From: an uncultured Gemmatimonadales bacterium
Lineage (GTDB): Bacteria > Gemmatimonadota > Gemmatimonadetes > Gemmatimonadales > GWC2-71-9
Direction: 5' to 3'
DNA: 64,000 nt
Assembly (NCBI GenBank): GCA_963730185.1
Contig: CAVSQW010000014.1
Location: 1-64,000, forward strand
Positions 56,980 to 64,000 of the stretch are shown piece after piece. The position numbers and the translations under genes were made by a program. Position 1 is the first letter of the stretch. Each line of letters starts with the position of its first letter. The notes under the pieces are model-generated. The model saw nothing but the letters and a program-made list of their open reading frames with translations. It searched no databases and was not told the DNA's origin.

Positions 56980-57717
56980 ATGGAAACCCGAGAACGCAAC
57001 GCCCTGCTGCTACTCCTCGGACTCGGGATCGCCGGTCACGGCGTTCGGCTCCTGAGTCCCCGATCCGATGGCCCGCCTGCAGCTCTCGCCGGGCTGGCCG
57101 AGGCACCACCCAACGACCTCGATCGTCATCGGGCCGCCGGCGCTCGGCTGGCCCGCCCGCTAGGCAGGGGCGAACGGGTAGATCTCAACCACGCCTCCGC
57201 CCAGGAGCTCGGCCGACTTCCCCGGGTCGGGCCGGCGCTGGCCCGGGCGATCGTGCGGGCTCGAGACGAGGCGGGGGGCTTCGTCTCCCTGGCGGAGGTC
57301 GATCGGGTTCCGGGTGTCGGACCGGTGCTCCTCCGATCGATCGACAGCCTGGTCACGCTCGGCGATACGATTCGCGCTCGGGCCCGGCGTCCGGCCGCCG
57401 GGCGTGCCGGTCGGGGCCGGAATCGGGCCCCGTCGCCGACCGCCGGGCCGCCCGTTCGGGTGATCGACCGGCGTAATCTGCCGGTCATTCAGGGGAACCC
57501 ACGAGCTGACCGGTCCGGACCCACTCCAATCAACGTCAACTCCGCATCGTTAGAGGAGTTAACGACGCTCAAGGGCATTGGCCAGGCTCGTGCCAGGGCC
57601 ATTGTGGCATATCGCCAAGGCAACGGGCCATTCGCGTCGGTTCAGGACCTGGAAAAAGTGCCCGGTCTGAGTCGCCGTCTGGTACGTCAACTGGCGCCTC
57701 AAGTTACGGTCCGGTGA
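56980..57717 (+). CDS. comEA: ComEA-like helix-hairpin-helix DNA-binding protein
   Basis: Two N.AS..EL..L.G.G...A..IV..R...G.F....L..VPG domains; N-terminal TM. Confidence 0.85.
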   Translation: METRERNALLLLLGLGIAGHGVRLLSPRSDGPPAALAGLAEAPPNDLDRHRAAGARLARPLGRGERVDLNHASAQELGRLPRVGPALARAIVRARDEAGGFVSLAEVDRVPGVGPVLLRSIDSLVTLGDTIRARARRPAAGRAGRGRNRAPSPTAGPPVRVIDRRNLPVIQGNPRADRSGPTPINVNSASLEELTTLKGIGQARARAIVAYRQGNGPFASVQDLEKVPGLSRRLVRQLAPQVTVR

Positions 57718-57840
57718 GCCGATAGCTCGTTTTGGCACCGGTTTGGAAACAGGGGGTCCCGTCCCCCAGGCTGGATCGGCGCAAATCCTTGCAAAGGGGA
57801 CTGATCCTCCGTTTCTGAACGCGGGAGCGCTCGAAACCCG

Positions 57841-59579
57841 ATGGCCAGCGTAGCGGTGACTCCAGGAATTGGCGACCGGCTGGGCGAGATTCTCCTTTCG
57901 GAGAACCTCGTCACGCGGGAGCAGTTGACGCAGGCCCTCACCGAGCAGAAGTCGTCGGGGCATCGCCTGGGCTACGTGCTGATCAAGCTGGGGCTGATCC
58001 CGGAAGTCGAGATCACCAAAGTTCTGGCCCGGCAGCACCGGATGCCGGCGGTCGATCTGACTCGTTTCGAGGTCGACGGCAAGATCCTCAAGCTCGATTC
58101 CGGCCGACGTCGCCCGGAAGCACGTCGTCCTGCCGCTCAAGCGCGAGGGCCGGACCCTGACGGTGGCCATGGCCGATCCGTCGGATAACGGCCTGCTGCA
58201 GGACCTCAAGTTCATCACCCGGTTCGATCTTTTCCCGGTGCTGGCGGGTGAGTACACCCTCCGGAACCTGATCGAGAAGTACTACGACGCGAGCGACCAG
58301 TCGGCTCAGCTCCAGGACATCCTCAAGGACATGGAGGGTCTCGGGCTCACCGACGATCTGGAGCGGTCGACGACGACGAAGACGACGAACAGGTCGGTCA
58401 GGCGGAGATCAACGACGCGCCGGTCGTCAAGCTGATCAACGGCATCCTGACCGATGCCGTGAAGCGGGGCGCCTCCGACATCCACATCGAGTGCTTCGAG
58501 CACGAGATGCGGGTTCGGTACCGCGTGGACGGCGTCCTTCAGGAGGTGATGAAGCCGCCCATCCGGATGAAGGCCGCCTTGATCTCGCGGATCAAGATTC
58601 TCTGCGGCCCTGAACATCGCCGAGCGGCGGGTGCCGCAGGACGGCCGGCTCAAGCTGAAGATGGGTAACCGGGTCATCGACTTCCGAGTGTCGACCCTGC
58701 CCGTGTCTGTTCGGCGAGAAGATCGTGCTCCGAATCCTCGACAAAGGCAATCTGACGCTCGATCTGACCAAGTTCGGTTTCGAGATCAAGGCCGAGGAAG
58801 ATCTGATGCGGGCCATCCTGAACCCGTACGGCATGGTGCTGGTCACCGGCCCGACGGGTTCCGGTAAGACGACGACGCTGTACTCGCGCTTTCAGCCGGA
58901 TCAACACGATCGACACCAACATCATGACCGCGGAAGACCCGGTCGAGTACAACCTGATGGGCATCAACCAGGTCCAGGTGCGCAACGGAGATCGGCCTGA
59001 CCTTCGCCGCCGCGCTGAGGGCGTTCCTCCGGCAGGATCCCAACATCGTCATGATCGGCGAAATCCGGGATCTGGAGACCGGGCAGCATCGCGATCAAGG
59101 CCGCGCTCACGGGCCACCTCGTGCTCTCGACCCTCCACACCAACGACGCGCCCAGCACGATCACCCGAATGATCGACATGGGGATCGAGCCCTTCAACGT
59201 GTCAGCGCCGTCAATCTGGTCGTGGCCCAGCGGCTGGTCCGCCGGATCTGCGCCCACTGCAAGACGACCCACCGGTACAAGGACGACGAGCTCAAGGCCC
59301 TGGGCACGGATCTTGACGCCGCTCGAGCCCTGGTGTTCCAGAAGGGTACCGGCTGCGAAGCGTGCTACTGGCACGGGCTATCGGGGCCGGGCGGGTCTCT
59401 ACGAGGTGATGGCCATGACCCACGAGCTGCGGCGGATGATCCTGCGGGGGGCGTCGGTGGCCGAGTTGCAGGAGCAGGCCGTCAAGGACGGCATGCTCAC
59501 GCTGCGGATGGACGGGCTCAAGAAGATCGAAAAGGGCGTGACCACGCTCGAGGAAGTCGTCAAGGAGACTTCGGCATGA
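57841..59579 (+). CDS. pilB: Type IV pilus assembly ATPase PilB (several frameshifts as given)
   Basis: [46 protein letters not shown]. Confidence 0.92.
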
Positions 59580-60790
59580 CGGATCTCAATCTCGCGACGG
59601 AAACCGGCTCGGTGGTCTCGTCCTCGTCCGACGGCCGGACCCGGCTCAATCTCAGGGCCCTGCTTCAGGAGATGATCGACAAGGAGGCCAGTCCGACCTG
59701 CACGTTACCGCGGGGGAGCGGCCGAAGCTCCGGGTGGACGGCGACATCTGCGACTCGTCGGTGGACCACATTCTGAGCCCGAAGGACACCCTGCAGCTGG
59801 CCTATTCGGTGTTGACCGAGGCGCAGAAGAAGCGCTTCGAGCTGGAGGACGAGCTGGACTTCTCCTTCGGGATCCAGAACCTGGCCCGGTTCCGAGGCAA
59901 CGTATTCAAGCAGCGGGGCTGCGTGGCCATGGTGCTCCGGATGATTCCCTTCAGCGTCCGGACCTTCGACGACCTCGGGCTGCCGGCGATCGTCGCCAAG
60001 CTGGCCGAGCGGCCGCGGGGCCTGATCCTGGTGACCGGTCCGACGGGGTCGGGTAAGTCGACCACCTTGGCCGCGATCATCGACAAGATCAACAAGGAGC
60101 GGCGGAGCCACATCATCACGGTCGAAGACCCGATCGAGTTCATCCACCGCCACCAGAGCTGTATCGTCAATCAGCGGGAGATCGGGACCGACACCAAGAG
60201 CTTCTCCAACGCGCTCAAGTACGCGCTCCGAGAGGATCCGGACGTCATCCTGGTCGGCGAAATGCGGGATCTCGAGACGATCGCCTCGGCGCTCACCATT
60301 GCCGAGACCGGTCACCTGGTCCTCGCCACCCTGCACACCAACTCGGCCGCCGAGTCGATCAACCGGATCATCGACGTCTTCCCGCACAACCAGCAGTCGC
60401 AGGTTCGGGCGCAGCTGGCCTTCGTGCTCGAGGGCGTCGTCACCCAAGGGCTGCTCCAGCGCTCCCGGGGCAAGGGCCGGGTCATGGCCTGCGAGATCAT
60501 GGTCGCGACGCCCGCCATCCGGGCTCTGATCCGCGACGACAAGATCCACCAGATCTATTCCGCGCTCCAGTCGGGCAAGAAATACGGGATGCAGACGATG
60601 GACGACGCGCTCTACCAGCTGTACATGAACCGGGACGTGACCAAGGAAGAGTGCCTCCGGGTCTGCCCCGAACAGAACGAATTCTCCGGATGATCGGCGA
60701 GCGTCCGCTCGACGATAAGCCGATCGGCGAAGTGCCAACGCGAGCGAAACGGATCTCGGCGCTAACGCCGAACGCGAGGTCGGGGAGGCA
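59576..60790 (+). CDS. pilT: Twitching motility ATPase PilT (frameshifts near both ends)
   Basis: [53 protein letters not shown]. Confidence 0.93.
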
Positions 60791-60792
60791 TC

Positions 60793-61997
60793 ATGGCCGT
60801 CTACGAGTACACCGCGAAGAACGCCACCAACGGGCAGATCCTGAAGGGCACGCTCGACGTGCCCACCCGGGACGAGGTGATGGCGTATCTGAAGCGGAAC
60901 CGGATGATCCTGGTAGCGTCCGGGAGCAGCCGAAGCAGTTCTCCTTCAAGCTTCCCGGCAAGGGAATCAAGACCCGCGACCTGGTGATCTTCACCCGACA
61001 GTTCGCGACGATGATCAACGCCGGCCTGCCGCTGGTCCAGTCGCTCAACATCCTGGCCCAGCAGACCGAGAACGCGAGCCTCAAAGAGGTCGTGAAGCAG
61101 GTGGTGTACGACGTCGAGGCCGGTAACACCCTGGCCGACGCGTTCCGGAAGCACCCCGAGGCGTTCCCCGACCTCTACGTGAACATGGTGGCCGCCGGCG
61201 AAGCGGGCGGTATCCTGGACACGATTCTCCTCCGTCTCGCCACCTTCCTCGAGAAGAGCGACGCCCTGATCCGGAAGGTCAAAGGCGCGATGGTCTACCC
61301 GGCCGTGATCATCTCGGTCGCGGTGATCGCCATCGCCGTACTCCTCATCTTCGTGATTCCGACCTTCGAGAGCATGTTCGCCTCGGTGAACATGGATCTC
61401 CCGCTCCCCACCAAGGTGGTGATCGGGGCCTCGAAGCTCCTGATCGAATGGTGGTGGGCGATCCTGCTCGCGATCGGCGCCGGCGCCTTCGGCTTCCGTC
61501 AGTACTATGCCACGAACGACGGCCGGAAACAGATCGACGGCGCCCTGCTCAAGTCACCGGTCCTCGGCGACTTGCTCCGGAAGTCCGCCGTGTCCCGGTT
61601 CACCCGGACGCTCGGCACCCTGATCTCGTCCGGCGTCTCGATCCTCGACGGCCTCGAGATCACGGCCAAGACGGCCGGCAACCGGGTCATCCACGACGCC
61701 GTGATGCAGTCCCGGGCCTCGATCGCCGGCGGTGAAACGATCGCCGGGCCGCTCCAGACCTCGGGCGTGTTCCCGCCCATGGTGATCTCGATGATCGCCG
61801 TCGGCGAGCAGACGGGCGGCCTCGACGAGATGCTGTCGAAGATCGCCGACTTCTATGACGCCGAGGTCGACGTGGCGGTCAGCGCCCTGCTCTCCCTCAT
61901 GGAGCCGATCATGATCGTGGTGCTCGGCGTCATCGTGGGCGGCATGGTGGTCGCGATGTACCTGCCGATCTTCGACATGGTGAACGCGGTCCAGTAG
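60793..61997 (+). CDS. pilC: Type IV pilus inner-membrane platform PilC (frameshift near 60915)
   Basis: FTRQFATMINAGLPL, AGEAGG.LD, A..YP, GEQTG.LD.ML.K.ADFY, AMYLPIF. Confidence 0.93.
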
Positions 61998-62020
61998 GAC
62001 GGACCGACCGCTGGACGGGG

Positions 62021-62057
62021 GACGGACGGGGGGCGCTTCGGCGTCCCCCGTTTCGTC
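62021..62057 (+). terminator. Rho-independent terminator after pilC
   Basis: ACGGGGGGCGC-TTCG-GCGTCCCCCGT followed by TTCGTCTT. Confidence 0.7.
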
Positions 62058-62144
62058 TTCCGGGGCGGCCGGCCGGTTGTGTTGACTTTCGACACAAGCC
62101 GGCGGTATAGTATTGTCGGAAGCCGACACCGTACGGGAGCCGCC

Positions 62145-62480
62145 ATGCCTCAACCGTCCGCCAGCGACGTCCTCCGGGGGACGCTCGATCTCCTGATCCT
62201 CAAGACGCTCGTGGCCCAACCGCTTCACGGGTGGGGCATCAGCCAGCGGATCCAGCAGATCTCCGAGGAGTTCCTCCAGGTCGGGCAGGGGTCGCTCTAT
62301 CCGGCGCTCCAACGGCTCGAGCAGCGGGGGCTGATCGACAGCGAGTGGCTCCGGACCGAGGAGAACCGCCGGGCCCGCTACTACCGCCTCACCGCGGCCG
62401 GTCGGCAGGCCCTTGTCCAGGCGACAGAGGGCTGGCGGCGCTACGTCCGCGCGGTCGAGCTCATTCTGGGCGCCGGCTGA
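62145..62480 (+). CDS. PadR-family regulator
   Basis: GTLDLLILK.L...P.HG.GI, GSLYPAL.RLE, RRARYY.LT..G. Confidence 0.93.
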   Translation: MPQPSASDVLRGTLDLLILKTLVAQPLHGWGISQRIQQISEEFLQVGQGSLYPALQRLEQRGLIDSEWLRTEENRRARYYRLTAAGRQALVQATEGWRRYVRAVELILGAG

Positions 62481-62493
62481 GGACGGGGGCGTC

Positions 62494-64000
62494 ATGGACC
62501 GATTGCGGGGTTGGTGGAGGCGGATCGAAGCGTTCCTCTGGCGGGGACGGGCCGAGGCCGCGATGGAAGACGAGGTCGCCTTTCACCTGGCGATGGAGGA
62601 GGAGCAGCTCGAGGCCCGCGGCCTGAGCCCGGCCGAGGCGCGGCGCGCGGCTCGGCTGGCTTTCGGCGGGGTGGACCGGTTCAAGGAAGGAGTGCGCGAC
62701 GCTCGCGGCTTCCGGTGGATTGACGATCTCGGTCGTGACGTTCGGGATGCCTTCCGAACCCTCCGGCACGCGCCCGGCTTCGCCTTGGCCGCGGTCCTGA
62801 CCCTGGGCCTCGGGATCGGGAGTGCGGTCACGGTCTTCGGCGTCGTCGACGCCGTCCTGGTCCGGCCGCTCGCCTTTCCGGACCCCCAGCGGCTGGTCCA
62901 CGTCTGGGAGACCACTCCGGACGGCGCCGACTTCACGACCTCCGAGCCCAACTTCGTCGACTTCGCCGGCCGGAACCGGAGCTTCGAGGACCTGGCGGCC
63001 TACCGGGTCGATCACCGGAGCCTGACCGGGAAGGGGGAGCCAGAACGGTTGACCGTGCTCGCGGCCAGCCATTCGATCTTCCCGACGCTCCGGGTGGCGC
63101 CGGTCCTGGGCCGGGCGTTTTCGGCCGACGAGGACCGTCCCGGGGGTGACGACGTCGCCCTGCTCGGCCACGCGTTCTGGGTCCGGGCGTTCGGCGGCGA
63201 CTCCGGCGTGCTGGGGACGACGCTCGCGCTCGATGGCGTGCCGTTCACGGTGATCGGCGTGGCGCCGGACCACTTTCCCTTGGTCGACGCCGACCTCTGG
63301 GTGCCGCTGGCACCCCACCCGGCCGGCGACCGGGGCGATCACTGGCTGGACCTGGTCGGCCGGCTCCGCCCGGGCGTCACCCTCGGGCAGGCCACGGCCG
63401 ACCTGGACCGGGTTTCCGCCGAGATCGCCCGGATCGACCCCGCCGTCGCCGGTTGGCGCACCCGGATGGTGGGCCTCACCGAGTGGGCGGTGGGGCCCAA
63501 ATTCCGGCGGGTCGGCGGGCTCCTCTTCGGCGCGGTGGGCTTTCTCCTCCTCATGACCTGCGTCACGGTGGCCACCTTGATGCTGGCGCGGGGCCTGGCC
63601 CGGCGCACCGACCTTGGGGTCCGGGTCGCGCTCGGTGCCGGGCGGCGACGGGTGGTTCGCCAGCTGCTGGTCGAGAGCCTGGTGCTCGCGGCGCTCGGCA
63701 CGGGCCTCGGGCTCCTGGCGACGGGGGCGGCGCTGGCAGCGGTTCGGGCGCTGGGCGTGGGTCTCGTGCCTCGCCTGGCCGAGGTGAGGCTCGACGCACG
63801 GGTGCTCGGGTTCGCACTCGGACTGACCCTGGTGACCAGCCTGCTTTTCGGCCTCCTCCCGGCGGTCCAGTCGTCGCGGGTGGACCTTCGCGAGACCCTG
63901 GGCGGTGCCCGGGCGGGTCCCCCTCGGAGCCATCGCCGCATTCACGAGACCCTCGTCGCGCTCCAGGTGGCGCTGGCGATGGTGTTGCTGGCCGGCGCGG
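62494..64000 (+). CDS. ABC transporter permease (ADOP / MacB-FtsX duplicated), runs off the window
   Basis: Open frame from ATG 62494: E..FHL.ME, ARR.A...FGG....KE, R.PGF..AAVLTL.LGIG, R.ALGAGR.R..RQLL.ESL.L. Confidence 0.88.
   Translation, partial: MDRLRGWWRRIEAFLWRGRAEAAMEDEVAFHLAMEEEQLEARGLSPAEARRAARLAFGGVDRFKEGVRDARGFRWIDDLGRDVRDAFRTLRHAPGFALAAVLTLGLGIGSAVTVFGVVDAVLVRPLAFPDPQRLVHVWETTPDGADFTTSEPNFVDFAGRNRSFEDLAAYRVDHRSLTGKGEPERLTVLAASHSIFPTLRVAPVLGRAFSADEDRPGGDDVALLGHAFWVRAFGGDSGVLGTTLALDGVPFTVIGVAPDHFPLVDADLWVPLAPHPAGDRGDHWLDLVGRLRPGVTLGQATADLDRVSAEIARIDPAVAGWRTRMVGLTEWAVGPKFRRVGGLLFGAVGFLLLMTCVTVATLMLARGLARRTDLGVRVALGAGRRRVVRQLLVESLVLAALGTGLGLLATGAALAAVRALGVGLVPRLAEVRLDARVLGFALGLTLVTSLLFGLLPAVQSSRVDLRETLGGARAGPPRSHRRIHETLVALQVALAMVLLAGA

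Noticed and set aside
57841..60990. Pseudogenisation of the pil operon
   Set aside because: Only scattered single-base indels with all motifs conserved; more likely long-read error, which cannot be settled without reads.
1..64000. tRNA, rRNA, prophage, retron or reverse transcriptase genes
   Set aside because: None recognised by eye; a covariance or profile search would be needed to exclude small RNAs.

Overview
GC-rich bacterial DNA. The gene content (GWxTD protein, PadR with ADOP-type ABC permease, 6-bladed propeller lipoprotein, Oar-like TonB receptor) suggests Gemmatimonadota; this is an inference. The main feature is an integron-type cassette array at about 2338-14071. It has an attI-like first site and ten attC or attC-like sites, most 136-145 bp, with no integrase in the window. 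The first seven cassette ends and the eighth pair over 9-13 bp, and the sites degenerate towards the distal end. Early cassettes are enriched in predicted nucleases (two HEPN-like, one PD-(D/E)XK-like, one PIN-like). An IS110-family (IS1111-type) element sits exactly in the GTT core of one attC. Its 3' non-coding region carries short matches to both halves of the attC target and both halves of its own circle junction, arranged like a bridge/seekRNA. The rest of the window holds an IS3 element, assorted accessory enzymes, a small FabF/cyclase/methyltransferase/flavoenzyme cluster, two TonB receptors, lptC/F/G, heme o synthase and comEA-pilB-pilT-pilC. Many single-base frameshifts (1-1650, about 7570, about 8435, 58090-60920) look like long-read indel errors. 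All product calls come from motif recognition by eye, not database searches.
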